A DNA stretch of 64,000 bases. Source: Escherichia coli. GTDB taxonomy: Bacteria > Pseudomonadota > Gammaproteobacteria > Enterobacterales > Enterobacteriaceae. The position numbers and the translations under genes are program-made. Positions 11,496 to 24,921 of the stretch are shown here, piece by piece (within the stretch, counting starts at the first letter, position 1; every line of letters starts with the position of its first letter). Location of the stretch: assembly GCF_036507355.1 (NCBI RefSeq), contig NZ_AP027877.1; one strand, 5' to 3'. Below the pieces are notes generated by a model. That model worked only from the letters and a program-made list of their open reading frames with translations, was not told the DNA's origin and did no database searches.

Positions 11496-12461
11496 ATGAT
11501 TAGCGGCGTGCTGTACGCCCTGTTAGCAGGGTTGATGTGGGGGCTTATTTTTGTCGGGCCGTTGATCGTGCCGGAATACCCGGCGATGTTGCAGTCGATG
11601 GGGCGTTATCTGGCGTTAGGGTTAATTGCGCTGCCCATTGCCTGGCTGGGACGCGTGCGTCTGCGTCAGTTGGCGCGTCGCGACTGGCTTACCGCTTTGA
11701 TGCTCACTATGATGGGCAACCTCATTTATTACTTCTGCCTTGCCAGTGCCATTCAACGTACTGGCGCGCCTGTTTCCACGATGATTATCGGCACCCTGCC
11801 GGTGGTCATTCCTGTCTTTGCCAATCTGCTTTATAGCCAGCGCGACGGCAAACTCGCGTGGGGAAAACTCGCCCCGGCACTGATTTGTATTGGCATCGGC
11901 CTGGCGAGTGTGAATATTGCTGAGTTAAACCACGGACTCCCCGATTTTGACTGGGCACGTTATACCTCTGGCATCGTGCTAGCGTTAGTTTCCGTGGTCT
12001 GCTGGGCATGGTATGCCCTGCGCAACGCCCGCTGGCTGCGGGAAAATCCCGACAAACATCCGATGATGTGGGCAACAGCGCAGGCGCTAGTCACACTGCC
12101 GGTTTCACTTATCGGCTATCTCGTCGCTTGTTACTGGCTGAATACGCAAACGCCGGACTTCTCCCTACCCTTTGGCCCCCGTCCGCTGGTGTTTATTAGT
12201 CTGATGATTGCGATAGCCGTGCTTTGCTCATGGGTTGGCGCACTCTGCTGGAACGTCGCCAGCCAGCGATTACCGACAGTGATTCTCGGGCCGCTGATTG
12301 TTTTCGAAACGCTGGCAGGTTTGCTGTACACCTTTTTACTCCGCCAGCAAATGCCGCCGCTAATGACGCTGAGCGGTATCGCGCTGTTAGTGATTGGCGT
12401 GGTCATCGCGGTCAGAGCAAAACCAGAAAAACCTTTAACTGAATCTGTCTCAGAAAGTTGA
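11496..12461 (+). CDS. ytfF: DMT/EamA-family inner membrane transporter
   Basis: ORF track 11487..12461; polytopic hydrophobic protein; start taken at the fourth codon, uncertain. Confidence 0.85.
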   Translation: MISGVLYALLAGLMWGLIFVGPLIVPEYPAMLQSMGRYLALGLIALPIAWLGRVRLRQLARRDWLTALMLTMMGNLIYYFCLASAIQRTGAPVSTMIIGTLPVVIPVFANLLYSQRDGKLAWGKLAPALICIGIGLASVNIAELNHGLPDFDWARYTSGIVLALVSVVCWAWYALRNARWLRENPDKHPMMWATAQALVTLPVSLIGYLVACYWLNTQTPDFSLPFGPRPLVFISLMIAIAVLCSWVGALCWNVASQRLPTVILGPLIVFETLAGLLYTFLLRQQMPPLMTLSGIALLVIGVVIAVRAKPEKPLTESVSES

Positions 12462-12519
12462 CACGCTGGCAGTGAGTTAAATAAGCCTCTGCTACGTAAG
12501 GGTTATAGCTTTTGCTTTA

Positions 12520-12542
12520 AAGATGCATTTAAAATACATCTT
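12520..12542 (+). promoter_or_regulatory. Probable NsrR operator in the ytfE promoter
   Basis: Near-palindrome AAGATGCATTTAAAATACATCTT about 27 nt upstream of the ytfE ATG; ytfE is a known NsrR target. Confidence 0.6.
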
Positions 12543-12568
12543 ATCTTATTAAGAATGAGGTATCAGCT

Positions 12569-13231
12569 ATGGCTTATCGCGACCAACCTTTAGGTGAACT
12601 GGCGCTCTCTATTCCTCGCGCTTCAGCTCTGTTTCGTAAATATGATATGGATTACTGCTGTGGCGGTAAGCAGACGCTGGCGCGCGCGGCGGCACGTAAA
12701 GAACTGGATGTTGAGGTCATTGAAGCTGAACTGGCAAAGCTCGCTGAACAACCGATTGAGAAAGACTGGCGTAGCGCCCCGCTGGCAGAAATCATTGACC
12801 ATATCATCGTGCGCTACCACGATCGTCACCGCGAGCAGTTGCCGGAGCTGATCCTGCAAGCGACTAAAGTCGAGCGCGTTCACGCCGACAAACCGAGCGT
12901 GCCAAAAGGGCTGACAAAATACCTGACTATGCTGCATGAAGAGCTTTCCAGCCACATGATGAAAGAAGAGCAGATCCTCTTCCCGATGATCAAACAAGGC
13001 ATGGGCAGCCAGGCAATGGGGCCAATCAGCGTAATGGAAAGCGAGCACGATGAAGCGGGTGAACTGCTGGAAGTGATCAAACACACGACCAATAACGTCA
13101 CACCGCCGCCGGAAGCCTGCACCACCTGGAAAGCGATGTATAACGGCATTAATGAACTGATTGATGACCTGATGGATCACATCAGCCTGGAAAACAATGT
13201 ACTGTTCCCACGCGCGCTGGCGGGTGAGTGA
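12569..13231 (+). CDS. ytfE: Iron-sulfur cluster repair di-iron protein (RIC)
   Basis: ORF track 220 aa, [33 protein letters not shown]... Confidence 0.95.
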   Translation: MAYRDQPLGELALSIPRASALFRKYDMDYCCGGKQTLARAAARKELDVEVIEAELAKLAEQPIEKDWRSAPLAEIIDHIIVRYHDRHREQLPELILQATKVERVHADKPSVPKGLTKYLTMLHEELSSHMMKEEQILFPMIKQGMGSQAMGPISVMESEHDEAGELLEVIKHTTNNVTPPPEACTTWKAMYNGINELIDDLMDHISLENNVLFPRALAGE

Positions 13232-13238
13232 TCTAAAA

Positions 13239-13263
13239 GCTGGATGGCATTGCGCCATCCAGC
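13239..13263 (-). terminator. Rho-independent terminator downstream of cycA
   Basis: gctggatggc-attgc-gccatccagc 10-bp stem; T-run follows on the minus strand. Confidence 0.6.
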
Positions 13264-13275
13264 ATGATAATGCGG

Positions 13276-14688
13276 TTATTTCCGCAGTTCAGCAGCCCGC
13301 TTCTTACCAATAAACAGCCAGCCCAACCCCAGCGCGATAAACCACAGCGGGGTAACCAGCAGCGCCTGGCGAGTGTCATCTTCCAGTGTCAGCAACACGA
13401 CCACGAACACAAAGAACGCCATACATACCCAGCACATCAGCTTGCCGAGCGGCATCTTGTAGATCGACTTCTCATGCAGATGAGGACGCTGTTTGCGGTA
13501 CACCAGGTACGAGCAAAGGATAATTGTCCAGACGAACATAAACAGAATCGCGGAAACGGTTGTAATCATCGTGAACGCGCCAATCACACTAGGATTCACA
13601 TACAACATCACCACGCCGCCGAGCAGACAGATACACGAGAACGTCAGCCCTTTCGCGGGTACTGCGCGCTTAGAAAGTTTAGCGAACGCTTTCGGCGCAA
13701 CACCTTCCTGCGCCAGACCAAACAGCATACGGCTGGTAGAGAAGACGCCGCTGTTAGCGGAAGACGCCGCAGAGGTCAGCACCACAAAGTTGATCACGCT
13801 GGCTGCCGCAGGCAAACCTACCAACACAAACAGTTCAACAAACGGGCTTTTCTCCGGGACTACCGAACTCCACGGCGTCACGGACATAATCACAATCAGC
13901 GCGAAGACGTAGAACATAATGATACGGATCGGAATGGAGTTAATCGCGCGTGGCAGTGATTTCTCTGGATCTTTGGTTTCCGCAGCTGTTGTACCTACCA
14001 GCTCAATCCCCACGAAAGCGAAAACCGCTATCTGGAATCCGGCAAAGAAGCCACTTAAACCTTTCGGGAACCAGCCGCCGTCATTCCACAAATGCGCGAA
14101 TGACGCTTCCACACCAGTCGGTGACTGAAAGTGCATCGCCACCATGACCAGGCCGACGACAATCAGCGACACAATGGCGACGATTTTGATCATCGCAAAC
14201 CAGAACTCCATCTCACCGAACATTTTCACGGTGGCGAGATTGAGCGTCAGCAGCAGCACTATCACCGCCAGCGAGGCGACCCAGTCGGAGAGATCGGGGA
14301 ACCAGAACTGAGCATAAGCCGTGATCGCCACCACGTCTGCCATACCGGTTACAACCCAGCAGAACCAGTAAGTCCAGCCGGTGAAATATCCTGCCCACGG
14401 CCCGAGTAAATCGGAAGCGAAGTCACTAAAAGATTTGTATTCCAGATTCGAAAGCAGCAATTCCCCCATTGCCCGCATCACGAAAAAGAGCATAAAACCA
14501 ATGATCATATAAACGAAAATGATCGACGGCCCGGCAAGGCTAATCGTTTTGCCAGACCCCATAAACAACCCCGTACCAATGGCACCGCCAATGGCAATAA
14601 GCTGAATATGTCGGTTTGTGAGATTGCGCCGTAGCGACTGTTCAGCCGGAGCCTGATCATCGGCAACGACTTTTACCTGATCTACCAT
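13276..14688 (-). CDS. cycA: D-serine/D-alanine/glycine:H+ symporter (APC family)
   Basis: ORF track 470 aa. Confidence 0.95.
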   Translation of the reverse strand: MVDQVKVVADDQAPAEQSLRRNLTNRHIQLIAIGGAIGTGLFMGSGKTISLAGPSIIFVYMIIGFMLFFVMRAMGELLLSNLEYKSFSDFASDLLGPWAGYFTGWTYWFCWVVTGMADVVAITAYAQFWFPDLSDWVASLAVIVLLLTLNLATVKMFGEMEFWFAMIKIVAIVSLIVVGLVMVAMHFQSPTGVEASFAHLWNDGGWFPKGLSGFFAGFQIAVFAFVGIELVGTTAAETKDPEKSLPRAINSIPIRIIMFYVFALIVIMSVTPWSSVVPEKSPFVELFVLVGLPAAASVINFVVLTSAASSANSGVFSTSRMLFGLAQEGVAPKAFAKLSKRAVPAKGLTFSCICLLGGVVMLYVNPSVIGAFTMITTVSAILFMFVWTIILCSYLVYRKQRPHLHEKSIYKMPLGKLMCWVCMAFFVFVVVLLTLEDDTRQALLVTPLWFIALGLGWLFIGKKRAAELRK

Positions 14689-14996
14689 GTTTTTTTCTTC
14701 CTGTACCTGTCTGTGTTGTTCAGGCTCTACGGCCTTTAGTCAGTCTATGATACGACGAATCTGTATCGGGACTCATCGATATTAGGTAACAATACGCGGG
14801 ATGAATACTAAGATTTAGATCTAATGTTAATTTTATGTTTAAAGTGAGTGTCATATCACGGTGATAACGCGAAACAGCTCACAAAAATACACGCTTACGG
14901 GGTCTTTGCAACACAAAATAGCGCCGTTTGGCAAACTGAAGGGTTTATTGCTGAATGCCTGCTCCCCTCTGGTTCGAGGGGAACAGAATGCGCTGC

Positions 14997-15617
14997 TTAG
15001 AGGATTTCCAGCAGTTCGACTTCAAACACCAGGGTGCTGAACGGAGGGATGGATGCGCCTGCGCCGCGCTCGCCATATGCCAGTTCCTGCGGGATAGTCA
15101 GTTCCCATTTAGAACCTACCGGCATCAGAGTCAGTGCTTCAATCCAGCCAGGGATCACGCCATTAACCGGGAATTCAGCGGGTTCACCACGAGCAACAGA
15201 GCTGTCAAACACGGTGCCGTCGATCAGTTTACCGGTGTAATGAACACGAACGCGGTCGGTACGTGCCGGAATTGCGCCTTCACCCTGGTTGATCACGCGG
15301 AATTGCAGGCCAGATTCGGTGCTATTCACACCTTCTTTTTTGGCGTTTTCTTCCAGGTATTTCACACCTTCAGCAGCCATCGCCTGGAAACGCTGACGAC
15401 GAACGGCATCGGCGCGTTCGTGGATTTCACGCAGCGCGCGATGCACCACATCAACCGGAACAGCCGGATGTTTGCCTTCCAGCGCATCGGCAATACCTGC
15501 AACCAGTGCTTCTGGCAGCAGCCCTTCCAGGCCAGATTCACTCAGTTGTTGCCCTACCTGCAAACCAATGCCGTAGCTTGCTTGCGCTTCGATGGTGTCA
15601 AAAGTTGGGGTGGTCAT
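14997..15617 (-). CDS. fklB: FKBP-type peptidyl-prolyl cis-trans isomerase
   Basis: ORF track 14997..15776; internal ATG at 15615-15617 gives [20 protein letters not shown]..., 206 aa. Confidence 0.95.
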
Positions 15618-15834
15618 CGTATTTCCTTTCTTAGGGTATAAAGTAGCGGGCAGCATATCAGCCACACTTCTTTGGGTAAAACTTTGTCGCGGGAATGATG
15701 ACAAATCACGGGGAAAAAGAAACAATAGCAATATCCCGTATGAATATAATAAAGGCGGGTTTACCACGGACATCATAGCGTTAGCTTATTCATAGGCTAT
15801 GATTGAGGAACAAGACGCGGAGCAGGAGGAAACC

Positions 15835-16473
15835 ATGCCCGGGCGCTTTGAACTAAAACCAACCCTGGAGAAAGTCTGGCACGCGCCGGACAATTTTCGC
15901 TTCATGGACCCGCTGCCGCCGATGCATCGTCGGGGGATCATTATTGCCGCCATTGTATTGGTGGTCGGATTTCTGCTTCCATCTGATGATACGCCCAACG
16001 CGCCGGTGGTGACGCGTGAAGCGCAGTTAGATATTCAGTCGCAATCACAACCGCCGACAGAAGAACAGCTGCGGGCGCAATTAGTCACACCACAAAATGA
16101 TCCTGATCAGGTGGCTCCGGTCGCTCCAGAACCTATACAGGAAGGCCAGCCAGAAGAACAGCCGCAAACTACCCAAACGCAACCATTCCAGCCAGATAGC
16201 GGAATTGATAATCAATGGCGCTCTTACCGTGTCGAACCCGGTAAAACGATGGCGCAGCTGTTCCGCGACCACGGACTGCCCGCTACCGATGTCTATGCAA
16301 TGGCGCAGGTAGAAGGCGCGGGTAAGCCGCTGAGTAATTTGCAAAACGGGCAGATGGTGAAAATCCGCCAGAACGCCAGCGGCGTGGTGACGGGCTTAAC
16401 CATTGATACGGGGAATAATCAACAGGTCCTGTTTACCCGCCAGCCGGATGGCAGTTTTATTCGCGCGCGGTAG
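15835..16473 (+). CDS. ytfB: OapA/LysM-domain cell-division-associated protein
   Basis: ORF track 15799..16473; ATG at 15835 gives [21 protein letters not shown]..., 212 aa; SD aggagga. Confidence 0.85.
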   Translation: MPGRFELKPTLEKVWHAPDNFRFMDPLPPMHRRGIIIAAIVLVVGFLLPSDDTPNAPVVTREAQLDIQSQSQPPTEEQLRAQLVTPQNDPDQVAPVAPEPIQEGQPEEQPQTTQTQPFQPDSGIDNQWRSYRVEPGKTMAQLFRDHGLPATDVYAMAQVEGAGKPLSNLQNGQMVKIRQNASGVVTGLTIDTGNNQQVLFTRQPDGSFIRAR

Positions 16474-16783
16474 ATGAAGGGTCAACCAGAAGCCAGCTAA
16501 GGATTGTCTCTTTGATGACCTTACGTCTGGCTTCCAGTGCCTGGGGTGAAACCATACTGATGTGATAAACCAGGCCAAGCGTATGCTGGTTGATCAAATA
16601 ATATCCCCCAAGCGCAGCAATATTAATATTCACCTGCAATGGGTCGATATCTGGCTTAAAAATATTGTGTTTCTTCCCTTCATCCAATAAGGATTCCATT
16701 AACTGCAAGTGCGCATGGTTAATTTCTAAGAGACGCTGTGATTTTGCATAATGCACACCTTTACTTTGATTTTCACTATGCAC
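16457..16783 (-). CDS. ytfA: TetR-family regulator C-terminal-like fragment (likely pseudogene)
   Basis: ORF track 108 aa; overlaps ytfB 3' end by 17 nt; no N-terminal HTH region. Confidence 0.6.
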   Translation of the reverse strand: MHSENQSKGVHYAKSQRLLEINHAHLQLMESLLDEGKKHNIFKPDIDPLQVNINIAALGGYYLINQHTLGLVYHISMVSPQALEARRKVIKETILSWLLVDPSSTARE

Positions 16784-17131
16784 AATTTTTAAAAACCAGG
16801 GATTAGCAATATAATAATCCCATGTAAAATAAATAATTTTCTCAATGGCTTTTTGTGGCTGGTTAACCTGCTGATTAACGAATACACCGATACCGACAGC
16901 GTAGAATAATTACATACCGCACAACAAGAATGTACGGTGTAAGGCGTGGAAGTCATTTTCTCCCCGGGTGCATCGTTATATCCGTGATGAGCGATTTTTG
17001 ATATTAATATCTTTCACCATCCGCTATTTTCACTACTTCAGAAAACAAACTTATTTTTATTAATATCGATTCTTTATTCTGTAAACATTCAGCTGAGATA
17101 TTTATAAAAACATTAAACAGGCAACGATACA

Positions 17132-17926
17132 ATGACATTACCAACCACTATTTATTCATTTCCTGCATATTCACCCCGTTTTTCGTCCACCGACAAACCA
17201 GTAAAATTAAAAATTCATCAATACGCACGCGCTACATTACTTTCAAATCGTGGAAGAGATCATAATTGCGATGGCAGACGTACTGTTGAGATCCACAAAC
17301 TAGATCTCTCAGACTGGCAAGCATTCAATAAGCTAGCGACGAGGTGTAATGCTTACGATGGAATAACAATGAAGGGTGATAATTCTTTTGGATGGAACCA
17401 TGAAGCTACATTAGATAATATTCACGCCCAGAAATACAATAAAGCTTACGCGGGTGCGCGGTTAACCGCAGAACTGAAATATTTATTGCAAGATGTCGAA
17501 TCCTTCGAACCCAACAGTAGATACACAATACACGAGGTTGTTTTGGGACCTGGTTATGGTACTCCAGACTATACCGGCCAAACGATAGGATACGTTGTAA
17601 CCCTTCCTGCCCAAATGCCTAATTGCTGGTCATCTGAACTACCAACAATCGATCTTTATATCGACCAACTTCGCACTGTTACAGGCGTTTCTAATGCCCT
17701 CGGATTCATCATTGCTGCATTGCTAAACGCGTATTCTGATTTACCCCATGATTTGAAAATTGGTCTGCGTTCCTTATCAAGTTCAGCCGCAATCTACTCG
17801 GGTTTGGGTTTTGAGCGAGTGCCGCAGGAGCGAGACATCAGTTGCGCTCATATGTATCTAACGCCAGCAAACCATCCTGACTTATGGACACAAGAGAATG
17901 GTGAATGGATCTACTTGCGAAATTAA
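17132..17926 (+). CDS. yjfZ: Uncharacterised protein YjfZ
   Basis: ORF track 264 aa; preceded by about 350 bp of AT-rich DNA; weak RBS. Confidence 0.8.
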   Translation: MTLPTTIYSFPAYSPRFSSTDKPVKLKIHQYARATLLSNRGRDHNCDGRRTVEIHKLDLSDWQAFNKLATRCNAYDGITMKGDNSFGWNHEATLDNIHAQKYNKAYAGARLTAELKYLLQDVESFEPNSRYTIHEVVLGPGYGTPDYTGQTIGYVVTLPAQMPNCWSSELPTIDLYIDQLRTVTGVSNALGFIIAALLNAYSDLPHDLKIGLRSLSSSAAIYSGLGFERVPQERDISCAHMYLTPANHPDLWTQENGEWIYLRN

Positions 17927-17946
17927 TGCCTGACGAAAAATAGAAA

Positions 17947-17976
17947 GCAAAACGCCGACCAGTGGTCGGCGTTTTT
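17947..17976. terminator. Hairpin terminator between convergent yjfZ and rplI
   Basis: aaaacgccgacc-agt-ggtcggcgttttt: perfect stem flanked by A-run and T-run. Confidence 0.7.
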
Positions 17977-17996
17977 ACGTCTCGTTGAATAACGAA

Positions 17997-18458
<462 letters not shown>

Positions 18459-18487
18459 TCAAAGTCGTATTAATGGACCGTGACCGA

Positions 18488-19034
<547 letters not shown>

Positions 19035-19040
19035 CAGAAA

Positions 19041-19454
<414 letters not shown>

Positions 19455-19762
19455 TTATTCAGCCTCCTGTCTGGGTCAGCCGAATCCCGGGGAGGCAAGG
19501 AACGTGTTAAAGGTCGGCTGAAAAATGACGCGTTATAGTACTTGTATGCCCCGCTAAACTCAAGGGCGGAGCAGAAATAAATCTCCCCTTTCGCAAATAA
19601 CCTCTAAACCGCTGATTTGAAGTTCATCACATTCCGTCACAGTGTTTTTTCGAACAACTGCATCAGAAATGGTCACCATCAACTTCTTTATCATTGATTA
19701 AAATTAAATCAGAAGATCATCACAGAGGAGAGCACATAAAGTCAGCCGTCGAGGAGGTATCT

Positions 19763-20038
19763 ATGTTCAGTCGAGTTTTAGCCCTTCTGGCTGTGCTTTT
19801 GCTAAGTGCAAATACATGGGCAGCCATTGAAATTAATAACCACCAGGCCAGAAATATGGACGATGTGCAAAGCTTAGGCGTGATTTATATCAATCATAAT
19901 TTCGCCACTGAAAGCGAAGCGCGTCAGGCATTAAATGAAGAGACAGATGCGCAGGGCGCAACGTACTACCACGTAATTCTGATGCGGGAACCGGGGAGTA
20001 ACGGCAATATGCACGCCAGCGCGGATATTTATCGCTAG
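19763..20038 (+). CDS. yjfY: DUF1471 (YhcN/BhsA-like) small periplasmic protein
   Basis: ORF track 19694..20038; ATG at 19763 gives MFSRVLALLAVLLLSANTWA (signal peptide), 91 aa. Confidence 0.85.
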   Translation: MFSRVLALLAVLLLSANTWAAIEINNHQARNMDDVQSLGVIYINHNFATESEARQALNEETDAQGATYYHVILMREPGSNGNMHASADIYR

Positions 20039-20078
20039 CACCAGGTATAACCAACGAAACATTGCCATAGTTTGCTTT

Positions 20079-20105
20079 GCCCCCTTCGCAGGGGGCATTT
20101 TTTTG
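20079..20105 (+). terminator. Rho-independent terminator after yjfY
   Basis: gcccccttcgcagggggc hairpin followed by atttttttt. Confidence 0.75.
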
Positions 20106-20167
20106 AAAAACGGCTGCGGAATCAGACCAGTTATCTCCCGAAGAAGGAAATTTCCGCAGCGCGTGTT

Positions 20168-20847
20168 TTACTTCTGCCCGTAATAAGCGTTGGGACCGTG
20201 CTTACGCATGAAGTGTTTATTCATCAGGTAGCTGTCGATGTGATTGAGTTGTGGGTTAATGCCGCGGGCAATCCACGCCATTTTCGCCACTTCTTCCATC
20301 ACCACCGCGTTATGCACCGCATCGTGAGCATCTTTCCCCCAGGCGAACGGCCCGTGCTGATACACCACAATTCCCGGCGTATGCAGCGGCTCGGCGTTGC
20401 CCAGCGTTTCGATAATCACTTTGCCGGTGTTCAGTTCATACTCGCCCTGCACCTCTTCTTCGCTTAACCCGCGCGTACACGGAATGTCGCCAAAGAAGTA
20501 GTCGGCGTGCGTGGTGCCTAACGCCGGGATCGCCAGCCCCGCCTGCGCCCATGCGGTAGCATGAGTTGAGTGGGTATGGACAATGCCGCCAAGCGACGGG
20601 TAACGACGGTAGAGTTCAAGATGCGTCGCGGTGTCGGAAGACGGACGATATTCCCCTTCCACCACCTTACCGCTCATATCGACCACCACCATATCGTCTG
20701 CTTTCATGGGGCGACGCCGCTGGGCTTGATCACCACCAGCCCGCGTTCGCGGTCGATAGCGCTGACGTTGCCCCAAGTAAAGGTCACCAGCCCATAGCGC
20801 GGCAGATCCATGTTGGCTTCAAACACCTGCTGTTTTAGCTTTTGCAT
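20168..20847 (-). pseudogene. ulaF: L-ribulose-5-phosphate 4-epimerase (class II aldolase family), apparently frameshifted
   Basis: N-terminal 47 codons ([46 protein letters not shown]) end at TGA 20704-20706; the rest ([18 protein letters not shown]...YYGQK) continues in another frame to 20168. Confidence 0.75.
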
Positions 20848-21701
20848 TATGCCGCCTCCACCATGCCCGCTTTCGCCATGCGCGCTTTCACCCAATCACG
20901 CGCTTTCGCCACTTCTGCCGCCGGGTCTTCCGCCGTTTCGCTCCACATCTCAATCAGGTATGGCCCGCAATAGCCACTCTGTTTGAGCGTTTCGAAACAA
21001 CGTTCGAAATCCACTACACCTTCGCCAAACGGCACGTTTTTGAAGACGCCCGGTTTGGTGTCTTTCACATGCACCGCGACGATATGCCCGATTCCGGCCT
21101 GCAACTCCATCTGCACGTCGTTATCCCACGCCGACAGGTTGCCGATATCCGGGTAGAGCTGGAACCACGGATTGTTGAGATAGTGCGCGTAGCCCAGCGC
21201 CTTGCTGATGGAGTTCATCAACGGATAATCCATGATCTCCATCGCCAGCGTCACCTGCGCGCGGCTTGCCATCTCAACGCTCTCTTTCAGGCCGTCACGG
21301 AAACGACGACGCGTTTCGTTATTGGCTTCCTGATAGTAAACGTCATAGCCCGCCAGCTGGATCACGCGAATACCGACATCCTGGGCGAACTGGATAGCTT
21401 TACGCATAATCTCCAGCCCCTGCGCCCGCACCGCGTCATCTTCACTGCCCAGCGGGAAACGACGATGAGCAGAAAGGCACATGGACGGCACGCGCACGCC
21501 GGTTTCAACAATCGCATTGACCAGCGCCAGACGCTGCTCGCGGCTCCAGTCGAGGCGCGACAGGCGCTCGTCCGTTTCATCTACCGACATCTCGACAAAA
21601 TCGAAGCCCAACGTTTTTGCCAGTTGCAGGCGTTCCAGCCAGCACTCCCCGGCGGGGAGCGCTTTTTCATAGATGCCAAGCGGGATTTGTTTGGACAACA
21701 T
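20847..21701 (-). CDS. ulaE: L-ribulose-5-phosphate 3-epimerase
   Basis: ORF track 284 aa; stop overlaps ulaF start (TAATG). Confidence 0.95.
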
Positions 21702-21710
21702 ATCCGCTCC

Positions 21711-22361
21711 TTAGCCCCACAGTTCAGCGATGGAACGTTTGAACTGACGTGCGGCTTCCACCGGAGAAGCGGCATCACGGATACTACGGCCCGCGATAAA
21801 GACGTGAATCGGAATGCCTTTGAACAGCGGCAGATCTTCCAGCGCCAGGCCTCCGGTGACGGTGACTTTGAAGCCCATATCGGAAAGACGTTTGATCGCG
21901 GTGATGTCCGCTTCGCCCCACGCCACGCCTGCGGCCTGCGCGTCACGGCTGCGGTGATAAACCACCTGCTGAATGCCTGCATCGCGCCACTGTTGCGCCT
22001 GTTCCCAGGTCCAGTAACCGGTCAGTTCGATCTGCACGTCGCCGTTAAACTCTTTTGCCACGTCCAGCGCGCCTTTGGCGGTGTTGATATCCGCACAGCA
22101 AATTACCGTCACCCAGTCAGCGTTGGCTTCGAAGCACATACGCGAAAGGATTTTGCCTGCATCGGCAATTTTGGCGTCTGCCAGTACGATTTTGTGCGGG
22201 TAGAGCGCTTTCAGGTCACGAACCGCACGCACGCCTTCGCCCACGCACAGAATGGTGCCCACTTCGATAATGTCGACTTCTTCGGCAATCAGGCGAGTGG
22301 TTTCGTAGGCGCTATCCATAGTCTGGTTGTCCAGCGCGACTTGCAACATCGGTAATGACAT
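21711..22361 (-). CDS. ulaD: 3-keto-L-gulonate-6-phosphate decarboxylase
   Basis: ORF track 21711..22514; internal ATG at 22359-22361 gives [24 protein letters not shown]..., 216 aa. Confidence 0.95.
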   Translation of the reverse strand: MSLPMLQVALDNQTMDSAYETTRLIAEEVDIIEVGTILCVGEGVRAVRDLKALYPHKIVLADAKIADAGKILSRMCFEANADWVTVICCADINTAKGALDVAKEFNGDVQIELTGYWTWEQAQQWRDAGIQQVVYHRSRDAQAAGVAWGEADITAIKRLSDMGFKVTVTGGLALEDLPLFKGIPIHVFIAGRSIRDAASPVEAARQFKRSIAELWG

Positions 22362-22374
22362 GTTCAATTCCTTC

Positions 22375-22839
22375 TTAAGCTGCCGCGTTGGTGCGGTCAA
22401 TGAGATCCAGTACTTCCTGCTCGGTACGGCAGGCGCGTAAACGGTCAAAATTCTCTTCATCTTCAAACAGGTTGACGATCTGCATGATACCCACTTCCTG
22501 GTGAGTATTGGCATCGACCGCCGCCATGGTGATGAGGATATCCACCGGATCGTTGTCGTCGTGGTTAAATTCCAGCGGCTTTTTCAGCGTTACCAGAGAG
22601 AAACCGGTTTTCTTAACACCCTCTTCCGGCCGCCCGTGCGGCATCGCCAGCCCCGGAGCGATAACGAAATAAGGGCCAAACTGTTCCACGCCATCCAGAA
22701 TCGCCTGGTAATAGCGCGGCTCGACAACGTCCGCCGCCACCAGCAGATCGACGCCGATTTTCACCGCGTCCTGCCAGGTTTCAGCTTCAGCCTGCAGGCG
22801 GATGGATTTATTTACAGCCAGCGAATCACGTAATTTCAT
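22375..22839 (-). CDS. ulaC: Ascorbate-specific PTS EIIA component
   Basis: ORF track 154 aa. Confidence 0.95.
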   Translation of the reverse strand: MKLRDSLAVNKSIRLQAEAETWQDAVKIGVDLLVAADVVEPRYYQAILDGVEQFGPYFVIAPGLAMPHGRPEEGVKKTGFSLVTLKKPLEFNHDDNDPVDILITMAAVDANTHQEVGIMQIVNLFEDEENFDRLRACRTEQEVLDLIDRTNAAA

Positions 22840-22848
22840 GGCGCGTCC

Positions 22849-23154
22849 TTACTTCACGTCCTGCGGGAAATGCTCTTTGATCACTTCCAGCAGTTTCGGG
22901 CCAAAGTCGGCAGGAGAGAGCATGTTGCGCACGCCAACCACGTATTTGTTGCCGGTCACGGTGATTTCGCCCGCAATGTGCGTAGAAGCGATGATGATAT
23001 CCGCGCCACTCAACTCGCTTTTGTACTCGCCAACCGCGCAGCTGTTTACCGTATGGTCAATGTTTGATTGGGTTAAAAACTGGTCCACTTTCATCTTCAT
23101 GATCATGGAACTGCCTTGTCCGTTGCCACACACAGCCAGAATACGTACGGTCAT
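22849..23154 (-). CDS. ulaB: Ascorbate-specific PTS EIIB component
   Basis: ORF track 22849..23160; start [16 protein letters not shown]..., 101 aa. Confidence 0.95.
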
Positions 23155-23169
23155 AATCAAAACTCCTTA

Positions 23170-24921
<1,752 letters not shown>

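Noticed and set aside
16784-17131. AT-rich tract upstream of yjfZ considered as a toxin-antitoxin or small-RNA locus
   Set aside because: No paired short ORFs with RBS, no terminator-bounded unit and no recognisable motif; treated as a silenced promoter or spacer region.
21069-22355. 428-aa plus-strand ORF
   Set aside because: Entirely antisense to the well-supported ulaE and ulaD genes, Arg/His-rich low-complexity translation, no RBS; shadow ORF in GC-rich coding DNA.
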